This document shows, one piece after another, positions 41,623 through 55,356 of a DNA stretch of 64,000 nucleotides. How positions within the stretch are numbered: the first letter of the stretch is position 1; each line of letters opens with the position of its first letter. Origin of the DNA: Eledone cirrhosa (Eukaryota); contig OZ024741.1 of assembly GCA_964016885.1 (NCBI GenBank), forward strand, positions 301,754,001-301,818,000, given 5' to 3'. Below the pieces are notes generated by a model. It had not been told where the DNA came from. It made no database searches and saw nothing but the letters and a program-made list of their open reading frames with translations. The position numbers and the translations under genes are program-made.

Positions 41623-42145
41623 TACATACATATACGCAACAAAAAAAAATAATATCTAAAAATAAAAAAGTTTTTGGTATGTGAAGGGTAAGGCAAATAA
41701 AAAATAGGGGGGAAAAGAGGGGGAAAATAAATGACATAGGAAAAGGTTTAAATATAAGTGGAGATAAGGGAGAATGAGAATACAAGAGTACAGAACGTGG
41801 ATTCAGCAGGTAAAAAAAACGTAGTTTGAGTAAAGAGCCGAGAAGGAGTTCAAGGTGGTTGAGTTATCATAGCAATGTCAATCCAGTTACAGATCAGATG
41901 TGATTTCAGATGAGGACAACATCTGAAGATCTCGGTCTTTGAGTTCATGCAAGCAGAAGTGGCTTTCAAGTTTAGCAAAATCCTATATTTAACTCTAATA
42001 TATATATATATTAGAGTTAAATAAGGTTCATATGAATTATCTAAGAATGAGTTTTACACACATATATATGTGTGTGTTTGTATTTGTATGTATGTGTTTG
42101 TGGTATGTATGTATATGTATGTGTATATTTGTATGGTTATGTATG

Positions 42146-42202
<57 letters not shown>

Positions 42203-42754
42203 ATATATGTATATGTGTGTGTGTATGTAATTATGTATGCGTATGTATGTGTTTATGTATTTGTATATGTATATTTATGTGTGAGAGTGTGTGTATGTAT
42301 TTATTTTTACGTATGTATGTGTACGTGCATTTGTGTGTATTGCTTACCACGTGTGTTTGTTCATTTATTTGTTGCCTGTATCGCTGTCAACATTATAATA
42401 GTCTTTATATTCATTTTTATGTTTTTTATTATTATATATTTTTTCTTATATTTATTTGTGTGTGTGCGTATGTAGAGGTGTGTGTATATATTTCTATTTT
42501 TGTGCATGCGTATGTATGCGTGTATATATGTGTGTATGTATGTGTATGTATGTACGTGTGTGTATATACGTATGATTGTGTGTATGTATGTATGTATATG
42601 TATATATATGTGTATGTATATGTATGTGTATATATATGTGTGTGTGGTTGTATATATGTATGTGTATGTATGAATATGTTGATATTATGTGTGTATGTAT
42701 GTATGTGTGTATGTATGTATGTGTATATGTATGTGTATGTATATATATATATAC

Positions 42755-42796
<42 letters not shown>

Positions 42797-43036
42797 GTGT
42801 ATGTATATGAAAAAAAAAAGACGATCGACTTTCGTCAAATCGGACCGAGGGAACAATGTTTCCGTTGGTCTTTCCAATTGCTAATATTATCTATCAGTCG
42901 CAACTCCAGGTAGAAGGAGCAACGTGAAATAAAGTGTCTTGCTCAAGGACATAACGCATCGCCTGGTCCAGGAATCGAACTCACAACCTTACGATTGCGA
43001 ATCCAATCTCTAACCACTCATCCACACGCCTTCACT

Positions 43037-43075
<39 letters not shown>

Positions 43076-43305
43076 ATGTATATAATTGTGTGTGTGTGTG
43101 TGTTTGCATGTGTATTTTTATGTTATTTTTCCTTTCCTTCTTCCTTTTCCAGCCTCACTTTCATATAGATTGCATTTTTGTTTTTAAAATCCAACGTCAA
43201 TAAATACACCAGGATTTTTTCATTCTGATGATTGAAAGCAAAATTTTTTTTTGATTTTAATAAACCACTGGTAAATGAAATAATTGCCTTATGTTGTTTA
43301 TTACA

Positions 43306-43311
<6 letters not shown>
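39491..43311. repeat. Kilobase-scale inverted duplication including internal microsatellites
   Basis: 39555-40612 is the reverse complement of 42006-43311 apart from a SINE in the right arm; the unique blocks (39555-39750, 40080-40300, 40560-40610) all have mirror copies. Confidence 0.9.
42809..43036 (-). mobile_element. Family-2 SINE inserted in the right arm of the inverted duplication
   Basis: AAAGTGTCTTGCTCAAGGAC core-like motif, GGAATCGAAC B-box; absent from the left arm. Confidence 0.85.
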
Positions 43312-43362
<51 letters not shown>

Positions 43363-43987
43363 GGGGGGGATGAAGTCGAAAATGCAACTGAACACTCAAT
43401 GCCAATTTGGGTGTGGTTGCCGATGTGGTATTCTACGGTTCGTATTACACCGTAGTAGCATATGTGATATTGATGGGTTTGTTTGCTGTTTCAGGATTTT
43501 CATTATTGTAATGTTAGGGATTTCTCCAGAGTCCCTCAAGCATGCTCGAAATAGCAGCTGCCACACCCAGATATATTGGTTACCAGACCTGAGTGCTACT
43601 TTATTTTAACGATTGACAAAGATGACCTCTGCGGAATCGGGATTCAAAGCGTAAAGAGCCGCTAAAATTACTTCTAAGCAATTTTGGTGGGAAATAAAAT
43701 CGATTATATTGATCCAAATACCTGACTGCTATTTTATTTTATCTAAATTGAAAGGATGAAATGCAACGTTGACCACGATAGGATTTGAACAGAGAATGTA
43801 AAAAGCCGGAACAAATACTGCCTAGCAATTGCACGATTCTCTAACGTCCTCCCACAAAAGAAATATTTAAAGAAAGACCCAACAAATAAAGATTGTACGA
43901 CTGGCTTCGTATTTATTTGTCTCTGCATGTGAGTTCCTTATTAGATGTGCGTCTCATTAGATATGTGTGTGCATTTCATAGTATGCG

Positions 43988-44290
43988 AAGGTGCGTGGCT
44001 TAGTAGTTATGTTGTACGGCTTAAGATCGTAAATTCTTGAGTTCGATGCACTCCGACTGGTTGTGGCTTTGAGTAAGGAATTATTTCACGTTGCTCAAGG
44101 AAATTATTTCACGTTGCGACAGGAAAAAAAGGAGTTGTACATGTAATTCAAAGGACCAGTCACGTCAAACACTTTGTTGCGACAGATCTCCCTCAGAACT
44201 ACATTAAAGTTCCACGTGTTTGTGCAATTATTTGCCAATTGCTCATTAATTTCGGTATAGGCTGTTTTTTTTATTGAAACAACTGAAATA
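43988..44290 (+). mobile_element. Family-2 SINE, decayed
   Basis: GCGTGGCTTAGTAGTTA head, GTTCGAT, TTATTTCACGTTGC core-like motif. Confidence 0.7.
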
Positions 44291-44319
44291 TTCGTCGTTA
44301 GAACCAATGGAGGCCCGGT

Positions 44320-44364
<45 letters not shown>

Positions 44365-44513
44365 TTTCATGTTATGTAGGTGTCCTCCTGTCTCTTGTCA
44401 TTTGTTTTGACTGTGTATTTGGGCGCACGAATTTTTTTAATTCTATATGATTTTTAAAAGATTCTATATGTCTAAATCTTGTAATTGTTTGTATGCGTTT
44501 CAGTTTTCGTATG

Positions 44514-44897
44514 TACTCTTGGGTCCCAAGTAATAGCAGGGTGAAATAAGTGAGGGACTTGGAATAAGCGGGAAAGGGAAATCGATCATTTTTCTAGGAT
44601 GTCTCCGTTTATTTTTTTAGAAACCAGAATTAGTCGTTTAGTTTACATATTGAGACCCCAACCCATCCTATTTATTTTATAATGTATTGGATTTCTAGTA
44701 ATGTACTTTTTTTCATGTCTTATGTTTTTTAATGTATAAAGAAAATTAATTGTTGCAGGAATGTTACCACTTAAAATAAAATTTCGCCGGAGATAGATTA
44801 GCAAAATTTAATAAACGGTGGGGTGGAATAACAACGTGGGGGGGGTCTCAAAAGTTAATAAGCGGGGTGGGGATGATTATTCGAGGCCCGAGTGTAT
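44514..44897. mobile_element. MITE (TACTCTCGGG family)
   Basis: TACTCTTGGGTCCCAAGTAAT ... ATTATTCGAGGCCCGAGTGTA. Confidence 0.85.
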
Positions 44898-45325
44898 GCG
44901 TTTTAATTCTGTCTTCCATAAATGGCTGGATACGAATTTTCATGTTGTTAGAATAAAAGATATAACAGTCTTTGAATTCTTTTGGAAGTTGTTTCAGAGT
45001 ACATTAGTAAAAACATTTTGCCAGTGCAATGGACTGTCTTTGGTAATACCAAGGAACATAAAAAGAGAAGTCCAAATCTTCAATTTTAGTATTATACTAG
45101 ACCCATTGGGTCACGTTCACTTCAGAATATTTTTTTTAAATCATGTTCACTTTAAATAATTAAAATATATACAGACATGTATATAATGTGAAATGAAACT
45201 GGAAGGCCCATATATATACTTGTGTGTATGTGTATATATAAATGTGTGCGTTTGTATACATATATATATGTATGTGTGTGTGTGTAGGATCTATATACAC
45301 TGGTCATAGATACACACACATATAT

Positions 45326-45376
<51 letters not shown>

Positions 45377-47435
45377 ACACCACCAGCTCTCTCTCTCTCT
45401 CTCTCTGTCTGTTTATAAAGATACCCGGAAAAACCCCTTATCTCGGGGCCCGTGCTCCGATTTACGCGAAACTTGTTTTATTCCATTTGTATTCCCATTT
45501 CAGGGTCAAATTTCTTTCAAAGTATTTCCCCTTATGCGCCCTTTTGACTGTATTACATTACAGACAAACAAGCAAGCAATCACAGAATTTTAGTAATATA
45601 TAGATAGATATATACGAATTGACAGTCATTAGAACGTCAGATAGAATACTTTGTAGTATTCGTTTCCACTCTCTGAGTTCAAATCCCGCTGATGTCAGCT
45701 TTGCATTTCATCCATTCGAGGTCGATAAAAAAGTACCAGTCTAGTACTGGGGTCGATTCTTCCTCTATATCTCTTTCTCTTTTCATTCTTTCACTCTCTA
45801 TCCTTCTCTGGAAGAAATCTGCTGTATTCAGACTTGGAGAGGAGATGGGCTCCACCAGGTTTTAAAATGCCCTAGAAGTGCCATATGTCAATATGATGCC
45901 CCCTACGACTCCTTCGGGAGTTGCGGTACTCTGCATGCATATAAATATGAATAACAAGTATTGGGTTTTTCTAAATATAACATTTCAGTACATTTTGTTC
46001 TTAATTTAATTCCTTTTAATCCGTTTAGTTGTCATTTCTAAATTTAGAAGAAATAAATCTAGTAATTAGAATATGTTCATGTCTATACTGCGTTCTTATA
46101 CACATTTCCTTATTATTTCCATAAATTCAGAAAGATAGTTAATCTCCTACACAACAATTTCTCAAATTAACGTTAGAATATTACTGCAACAATTGTTTTT
46201 TTGTTTGTTTGTTTGTTTTTAATAAACGTGTGTATGTATATGTGGGTGCACTTGTGTGTGCGCTTGTGTGTGTATATGTGTGTGTGTGCGAGTGTGAGCA
46301 ATTATTTTTTATTCAGAATATTATTGAACTATTTTCATTGTTTTTTGTTTTAATGTATGTGTGTGTATGCATCTGTGTGTGTTGTGTTTGTGTGTGTCTG
46401 TATCTGTGTGTGTGTGTGTGTGTGTGTGCATTTGTGAGTGTGTGTTTGTGTGTATGTTTGCATACCATTCGATGCTATACACATAAATACGCGGATACAC
46501 AGATTCACACATACAGATATGCACTTTTGCATATTTACGATGATTACATGAGCGTGCGTGTCATTTCTTTAGTGAAAATGTTCAAAGCAATATTTTTAAA
46601 TACTTTATTTTCTATAAACACACATATTTCAAATTAATTCGAGTTACTTTCTTATTTATTTAGTACACATCATAGCAGTTTCATTCTATCTACCATTTCA
46701 CAGCTAAATTGCCCAGCCAAGATTTTTAAAAATTATGTATACAGCTGTCAGTTATATTAGATATGTAAATCCATTCAAGCATGTTTCATATGCTAATGCT
46801 GAAATAACGATCCTAAGCCAAATATTGGTATAATCTTTACTTAATGAAGAGACTTGTGAGAGAAAACCGAATTTTGTCCAAGGATATTGCTGATTAAGAT
46901 CTTGCGAATTAGAGAAAACAGATTTAATAAGATTAAATTCCTACACACAGACACAACAAACGGAATGCATGTACAATCATTATCCCACACACATTCCTTA
47001 CGATTAATTTTCAATAATTGGTTTTCTTTGTTCTTGATTCTTTCAGATGTATTTCCTTTTCTTTTTCTTTATTTGTTTGTTTCTTTAATAATGTGTACGT
47101 TTTACCATAATTATCATTTCAGAATGCTTTTAAATCTCAGATCTAATTGGTTTACGGATAATAACTTTGTGTTATAAAATTTTGACTGGGTAAATAGCGT
47201 CGCGTAAAATGCGAAATGAGATAGGTAATATCGTATCCCAGTTTTGTAAGTTCAATTTCTTTTAGATTCGATTTTATGTTTCATCTCTTCAATGTCGATA
47301 TAAATGTAGGCGAATTACTTTTAGGGAACTACGATTCTAACATATGCATGGCTTTATGTACAAATCGTAATTCAATATTTTCGAAAGGCAAATAAATGGA
47401 TACATTAACGATTTGTACTCTATTATGCCATATCT

Positions 47436-47661
47436 ACGAGTATCGGCTAAAAGGTCCATCGGCTGTAAGTTCATACACTGAAAAGTTCATAGGCTGACCA
47501 ATACACTCTCATGGCATGACCAAATAAGGTTTATTTTTCAACATAGTCCATGGAAAAAAAAACAATTAATAAGAAGAGCTGAAATTAATACATTCAAGAT
47601 TTCACATCCCTAGCATCGCTCCTTCATTGTCAGCCTATGAACTTTTCAGCCGACTCTTGTA
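47436..47661. mobile_element. Mariner-derived MITE
   Basis: TACGAGTATCGGCTAAAAG and CTGAAAAGTTCATAGGCTGAC mirror GTCAGCCTATGAACTTTTCAGCCGACTCTTGTA. Confidence 0.75.
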
Positions 47662-48099
47662 AAAAAAAATATTAAAATATCAAATGACGTACAGTCTTGT
47701 ACCTTGAATATAGAAAGATACATTTGCAAATATAGTCACCTAGCACAAAACGGAATACCAGAAAAAACATTCATATTCTATTAATAGGATGACTACCAAA
47801 TAAATAGCTATAAAACAAGAATATTTTTCACATTTAAATAAGTACATTCCAGCTTAATAGGAGATTGGATTTCATTCTTAATGCAACGGATTATACTTCA
47901 TATTTCAGAGCTTTATCTTTTCGGAGTGTCAGGAACGATACAGAGATTTGTATGCCTTAGTCTTTTATGCGACTATCACATTTAGAGACCCGCTGAGACT
48001 TGTTGATGAAAATTATATGAAGTACGATTAGTTTCAACATAAAAATGTCAACATATGCAGTATAACATCGTCAGGAAGATAGCTATGGGATTTGGGGCT

Positions 48100-48800
48100 G
48101 ACAAAAACAAGGAAGCCATGACTAACACAGAACATAGCAATAAAAGACTGAGTATAGTTGACAAGAAAGGGCGTATCGTGTGTGTATTATGGTATATACA
48201 TAGTTAGTCTAGAGGAGTTAAGGTTGTTGTAATATAGGTAGAATAAGAAGAGTTTTTCTGTGGGTCAAATGTTTAAGTGGGTTGGTGAGAGAGTTATTGA
48301 AAGTAAGTCGATGATTTTAAAGCCTAACAATTATATGAATAATTTAATTTCAGTGTTGTTCAAGAAAGAATGCGGCATAAATTTCTTTCCTTGGTATCAG
48401 CATCTATCTGGGTGTTGCATTGTCGAAATAATGTTAACATCTCTTTTAAATACTGTTTCTGTTAAAGCTTATGTTCATCTAAGTTTGACGTGACATGTTT
48501 GGGTTGCAAAAGGGTGAAATCTATGAGCAGAGATTAAAGACAAATGAAACTGGGTATCATCTGCATAAAACTGAGTCTGGAATCATGAGGTACAACTGGC
48601 TAGATAGGTGTATGAGTGAGAGGGTGAGAGAGCACCGCTGGTATACATTGTGAAATTGAGTTCTAACAAAAGTTTTGGATCAATGCCATAAGAGACAGTT
48701 AAAGTATATAAATGGACAACTTTGTTAAAGGATTCTCAAGAAACTAGAGGGTACAATATATTCTGATGTCAAGTGCTACGTCATTGATTTCAGGGGTGCG
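48100..48800 (-). mobile_element. Highly decayed CR1/L2-like RT fragment
   Basis: Minus-strand VALDI near 48780 and FYADDTQF near 48570, in the expected order. Confidence 0.55.
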
Positions 48801-48964
48801 TGCTTAATAATAGGGGATATAACAGAGGCAGTAGACGGAGGAAATGCATCTGTGGGCTCCTACTTGTGGACAGAAAAGGGGCAGGGATTAGAACTAACCA
48901 GTTTAACTGATATTATCATCATACGTAACTATTTAGAGTTAAATTGTTAGAATGATGACTATCA

Positions 48965-49380
48965 GCGACATTTATTGCTCTCTGTGCAAAGGCTACTGGC
49001 AGCAGATATACCGCCTGACAAGTGGAACGCGTACCTTCCACAAGACGTGAAAGAACAGAGTTTCAAATCAAGCGGTAATATATAACGGGAGTGATGTTTG
49101 CGTTCATCACCTCTTCCAAATCTTTCGAGGATAGCTTCCTCTTGGACCATTTCTTAATGAAACTTACCACCCTGCTTATTTCCTCGTTACTGTTCCTATC
49201 CAACGAGATGATCAGACCAATCCGGCTTTACCGGTCCAGCTACCCAGGACTACTGTACATTGAAGTGATCCAGCTACCTCTGAAGATGAGAGTAGTATCG
49301 CCGGCCTTGAAAATAGAATTCAAGTACCAATGGTCAACGTTATCGAAAGCTTCCTATTGTTCCCAAATGACCAGCGTCCC
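48965..49380 (-). mobile_element. Tx1/L1-like RT fragment, internally deleted
   Basis: Minus strand EAFDNVDHWYL...FRGSWITSMYS and WSKRKLSSK...NANITPVIYYRL. Confidence 0.7.
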
Positions 49381-49729
49381 ACCGAAGCCAGGTTTACTAA
49401 CCACTCCCTCTTATGTATCGCATGAGGTGAAGGTTGTCGTGGATAGATATGGTCGGGGTTGCATACGATTGCACCTTCCCGACCAGACTTACTACGACAA
49501 GCCCCAACCTCTTTGCTAACATCTTAAATCTTGAAAACACTGTGTTGAGCAGAGTTAAGGACCAAAACCTGTCACCCTTATTCGTGTCTTTCCTGGCTAA
49601 TGTGTCTACTCCATCAGATAGAATGTCATTACAGCATTTGTTCCAGTTCTTTGCAAACTGTGCTCAAATCTCGCCACGGTCAACTTCGCCTTTAATCCTT
49701 CAGTGGTCTTAGAATAAGTCTGTCTTAAG

Positions 49730-49985
49730 CCATTTAAGGCTCGTTAGTCCGGTGCGTAACCCGGTGAAGTGACTGAGAGTACAAGACTCCCACCTGGATA
49801 TGACGCCAGTCCATCGCGGGGTTAAACCCCCAGCTATTTCTGGTACTCATTTTCAACTGAGTATACTGGAGCAATGTGAAGTTAAGTTTGCTCAAGAACA
49901 CAACACGCAACCCAGCCCAAGAATCGAACCCACGAAATTATGATCGTATGTCCAACACCCTTACCACTAGGCCACGCGCCTCCAC
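49730..49985 (-). mobile_element. Family-2 SINE nested in a decayed family-1 SINE
   Basis: TTGCTCAAGAACACAAC...GAATCGAACCC...CCACTAGGCCACGCGCCTCC; family-1 body resumes at AATAAAGTACCAG. Confidence 0.75.
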
Positions 49986-50139
49986 TTTTAGAATAAAGTA
50001 CCAGTAAAATACTAGGTTGGTTTAATCAACTTTGCGCTTACTACAAATTTGCTGATCTTGTGCCAAAATCAGAAATCCATATTAGCCTATATAAATTATA
50101 CCAGAATAAGAGATTCAAAGGAAATATACTAACATTATG

Positions 50140-50540
50140 AAATACCTAAACAAAACACATGCACCACTGAAAATGCCAACGTGGCGAAACTCTCGGAATT
50201 TCTTTCACACAAAGTGATTGCGGAATGTTTTCTCAAAATAATTTTATAAATCAACATCAAGAAAGAAAAACGCTCCAGAATTAATTTTCAACTCTAGCAG
50301 TCAACAGAATATCTCTAAGAGAAATGGCGATACTATACAAATAAAATGATCTGGATATTAAAAATATCCAGAATGTGGAGATTTATAGGAGAAACAATCT
50401 CCATAATAATGGGAGCCTTGGTAATGATATATACCATACATACAAAACCATAAACAGCACTTCAATGAAAAAAGACATGCAAATCATGGAGTATATAAAT
50501 AGTACAATACACTGCAGATATACTATATAGAGCATTTTCA
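50140..50540 (+). mobile_element. Decayed R4/Dong-type RLE 3' fragment
   Basis: NISLRE...K*NDLDIK.SRMW...ETISIIMGAL, matching KYxDL.IEI.RMW...IPIIVGALG. Confidence 0.6.
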
Positions 50541-51276
50541 ATTTCAATATTTTTTTTTATCCTTACTGCAGCATTTTTTTTTATTTAACCTTCCCATCTT
50601 TCTTTCTCCTACGTGAGACCTAAAACACCAAAATAATTTCGTCAAAATATGCAAATGGAGATATTTGCAATAAATATTTTAATCAATGAAAAACAATATG
50701 TGTCTATTTTACACTATAAACTAAATACATGGAACCTACCCTTATCTCCGAAAATATACTTTAGGAAGATCAATAATTTATTCTAAGCCAAAGTTCTATT
50801 TGAATGCATTATTTCTCGTATGCAAACATCGAGCAGAATACTATAGACTTTTGTCTTTTGTCTGATGAAGAAATTTGAATATCGGTAAACTAATAATTTG
50901 GCAAAATGTTTGCATATAGAACATAAATATATTAAGTGACCTATGCGCCAAAGATAGCGGACATGTACTTTCATTTGTGACAGACAATAGGACGATCTTT
51001 CTTCATATTCTCAAACAATAGAAATACAAGATATTCACTAGCAGGATTACCAATTATCGTGGAACCTACAAATTGCCTCAATACTTATAAATTAATCTCA
51101 AATGAAAGATTTTCGATAAAATTCCCTGGTCACAAAACAGCTGGCTACCTAAACATAGATTATCGTTTATGCTCCAAGGGCCATATTTCTATAGTATCTA
51201 TCAGATAAAAGTTTAAGAAAATTGCCGTAGTTTCTACTGAAAATTCTTTTAGTTTTCTAGCTCAAAAGTGAAGAAA

Positions 51277-51316
51277 GCAAAATATACAAATCACGTTTTG
51301 CAATATGGTAAAATAC

Positions 51317-51370
<54 letters not shown>

Positions 51371-51510
51371 ACACATATACACACGCACACACGCACACAC
51401 GCACGCACGCACGCGCGCGCACACACACACATACACAGTTACAGACATATATATGTGTGTGTGTAATAGTATTTTTCCATATTGCAAAACGTGATGTTTG
51501 TATATTTTGC
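51277..51510. repeat. Inverted repeat bracketing a (CA)n tract
   Basis: GCAAAATATACAAATCACGTTTTGCAATATGGTAAAATACTATTACACAC versus its reverse complement at 51454-51510. Confidence 0.88.
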
Positions 51511-53586
51511 CCTGAATACACACACACATACACACACATACACACGTACAAAATTCATAGCGGAAAGCTGTCAAATGTTTTTCCTAAACATATACGTGTA
51601 TAACGCTATGTTGGAGCACCAATACTATTCTTTTTTTATTTAAGCCTATCCAGCCACAGCTCCGATTGCAAATGAGCTTCATCAGCTCATATGCCTAGGC
51701 AAGAAATCTACACGATTCTAGCTTATTTTTGTCTCAGTGGAAACTAGGTATATATGCAGCCTTGACAACCGCCAACAAGTGAGAAACAACGTTGTCGGTT
51801 ACTTCCTCTGATTATTCCTGAGACTAAGGATGTTTTTCATAAATGTCTTGTTTATAACACACACATATATGTGTATAACGCTATCTTGGAGCACCTATAC
51901 TAATTTATATATGATATATGTGTGTGTGTGTATGTGTGTGTGTGTGTGTGAGTGTGAGTGTGCGTGTGCATGTGTGTCTATGGTTACAATCTTCGTCCGC
52001 AGAGGATGGGGAACGTAAAACTCGGAGTAATGGTTATTGAAGTTTTCATCTTACAATAAATGGGATATAACACTAAAATAGTGTTTAGTACGCTCCCCCT
52101 ATTTGCTTGTACACTTCCTTGTGCCATCACGAACGCAAACACGTACGCTGACATACATACGCGTACACATAACTATGCATGCATATATATGTCTGTAACT
52201 GTGTACATTTATATATGTGTATATTGTTTAATCCGTATGCTTGTGTCTGTGTCTTTACATCTATGATATAATATCAATCTCTTTTAACAAAATAGCATGT
52301 CACAGTCACACGCCACTCTTTAAACACAACATTTCTTTTCTGATGTTCTGCGTTTAATAAGATATCCCACCTCTCATAAAATCTATTATTAACGATATCT
52401 CCCATTTAACATCCCACATTAACATAGTACCGTTGACCATTATTCAATTGGTTTTGCTGTTACTGCTGTGGATTTTCCTCGTAAATTGTGTTGTTTTTAT
52501 TTAATTCTACATGCATGTATTAAGTTGATACTTGCAATTGTTTTATTAGTCTGTTTTGTTTGTATTTTTCATGTTCTTATTGAGAACCGAAGAATGTATT
52601 CAATCTCCCGGAGAGTAAAATCCATGATTAATGTTTGGATTCTCAGTTGGAGTCACTTTCTTTCAATTAAGAACGAAAGCGGTGCAGTCATGAACGATTG
52701 TGGCAGTAGAGATGACGAAATATATCTAAACGATTATGGTTCAGTTGCATTTGTTTATTATTGTCATTATTGTAGAATCGGGATATTATTATAACAATCG
52801 TGGTGATGAGGGTGCTGATGGCAATGCAATTCTTTCCACTTTCAACATTGTAGAGTAACTAATGTAAATCAATGACTAATCATTTTCCATGCGACTTAAT
52901 ATGAAAGCACATGTAAATGTGAAACTATTCAAAGAGCTAACATTCCAAAACTGGAATAACGGAATATGGTACAGCTTTCAAGAATTTGATACCATCAATT
53001 TGAAGAATGAAAATACAGTATACAGAGTTACGCTGCTGCAATAAATTCTACTTCCTTGTATTACCACCCTACTACATGATACAAGATAAGTATGATTCAT
53101 TTTGGAAGCATTGGTTAACATTGGACCTTTAAGAAATAACAATTACACCTCACTCAAAGGATAGGTATATTACATAATGTTGTCATAGATAAGGTTCTGC
53201 TTCAACACAAAATGAAATGTTAACATTCGTATTTATGAGCACAAACAAGAATGACCTGGTATTAAAGACCATCATCATATCCTATGTTTATCACTGCAAG
53301 TATGGGAGGTAGACACAAAGAAAATATTAAAATCAGTAACGTTGTACAAGTTCATATCTTATAAATATTAGAAGTATAAACAGTTTTAAAACTATATTAA
53401 CGACAAATACACAAATGCAGGTTAAAGTCTTAGCAGAGTTGTCCCAATGCTCAAAAACTAAAAGCTTGTTTTACATAGTTCCACGGGATCAAAATATATA
53501 TTTAGAAAGATTATGTAAATCATAACAGCGATCATGTAAAAGCAAGAATCATATTATTGGTTCTTCAAATGACATTAGAATTTTAT

Positions 53587-53800
53587 TTCGATGTGCACTT
53601 TAATAAGAAAAATTGGTGCATCAATTTAAACAGAATACGATACTTCGATATGCACTTTAATAAGAAGGGTGCACCATTGTAAACAGAATTTGATGTTTCG
53701 ATATGCACTTTAATTAGAAAAATGGGTGCACCATTGTAAACAGAATTTGATGTTTCGAGGTGTACTTTAATAAGAAAAATGGGTGCACCATTGTAAACAG
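53587..53800. repeat. Minisatellite, ~57-bp unit, nearly 4 copies
   Basis: TTCGAT.TGCACTTTAATAAGAAAAATGGGTGCACCATTGTAAACAGAA units start at 53587, 53644, 53697, 53754. Confidence 0.9.
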
Positions 53801-53969
53801 GAAACAAAAATGATAAAAATGGTTAATGTTTTAACCTTTTTCAAGCTGATCCCGTAAAACTTCCAAGGGTTAGAAACAACCACGAAATATGAAATATCAA
53901 TATAACATTTTAAGTATATTGGTTTTGATTTATATCTATATATAAGCAAATAATAATTTTCTACTTTTA

Positions 53970-54706
53970 GCACCAGGCCAGCAATTATCCCAGTGCATTA
54001 CTGGTACTTTATTTTATCGACCCAGTAAGGAGGAAAGGCAAAGTTAACTTCGGCGGGATTTGAACTCAGATCATAAAGGGAGGTAACTCTATGCTTCAAA
54101 GCATGGCGCCCGACCTTCTACCGATACTGCCAATCCAAATAATAAACAAATAATATAAACAAATAATAATGATTTGTACTATAGGCAAAAGGCCAACAAT
54201 TTGTGGGGGTGGAAAGTCGATTAAATCGACCCCAGTGTATTACTGGTCCTATATTTTATCGACCCGGTAAGGATGGAAGGCAAAGCTAACCTCGGCGGGA
54301 TTTGAACTCACAACATAAAGGGCTGTAACTCTTTGCTGCATAAAGGGGCGCAACTCTATGTTATGAAACATGGTGTCCGACGCCCTACCGATACTGCCAA
54401 TCCACCCTTAATATAATTGTTTCTACTTTTGGCACAAGGCCAGCAATTACTCAGTGTATTACTGGTACTTTATTTCATCGACCCCATATGGATGAAAGGC
54501 AAAGTTAACCTCGGCGGGATTTGAACTCAGAATGGCAAGGGCCGTAACTCTATGCGTCAAAGCATGGCGTCCGACCCTCTACCGGTACTGCCAATCCACC
54601 GCCCTTAATATAATTGTTTCTACTTTTGGCACAAGGCCAGCAATTATCCAGTGTATTACTGGTACTTTATTTTATCGACCCCGTAAGGATGAAAGGCAAA
54701 GTTGCC
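53970..54706 (-). mobile_element. Head-to-tail array of four family-1 SINEs
   Basis: Copies at about 53970-54137, 54172-54410, 54414-54606, 54611-54706 (last truncated). Confidence 0.92.
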
Positions 54707-55003
54707 TTTAATATAATATTGCATAATTATATATACACAACACAACAAAATATATCAAATAGATTTAACAAATTACTCATATATAATTTAAAGATAAGTA
54801 ATATTGATCGTAAAAGTAATTACTAATTACTCTCTCACATATATACTCACACTCATACACACACACTCATACACACACACACTCATACATACACACACGC
54901 GCACGCACACATACACACACACACATACTTACCATCCCCTTTCCATAAACTGTAGTTCAAAAAGATTTTCTGTCTTTGTCGTTGTTGCGCACTTTCTCAC
55001 TTT

Positions 55004-55060
<57 letters not shown>

Positions 55061-55356
55061 CTCATCTTTTTTTCTCTTTCTCTCTTTTTCCTCTACTTCT
55101 CTCTCTTCCTCCTCTCTATTTTTTTCCTACACACACTTTCAAAAGCGTGAACGATGCTTTTAAAAAGTAAATAGCTGGAGAAAATAGCTTCGTGAATAAA
55201 AAAAAAACAAAAAAAAATAGAGAATGCACTGGAATATGTTAATAAGTAGAAAACACTCTTCAAATGTAAATATACAATGCGACATTGTAAAACGGATACA
55301 TTCGTGCACAGCGAAAACACTAAAAGAAGTAAAATATATATATATATACGTATATA

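Noticed and set aside
41780-41975. Possible further PLE GIY-YIG 3' remnants (also 56715-56900)
   Set aside because: Only weak, frameshifted motif similarity; not enough to call.
53587-53800. CRISPR-like repeat array
   Set aside because: Units are contiguous with no unique spacers, there are no cas genes, and the context is eukaryotic; it is a minisatellite.
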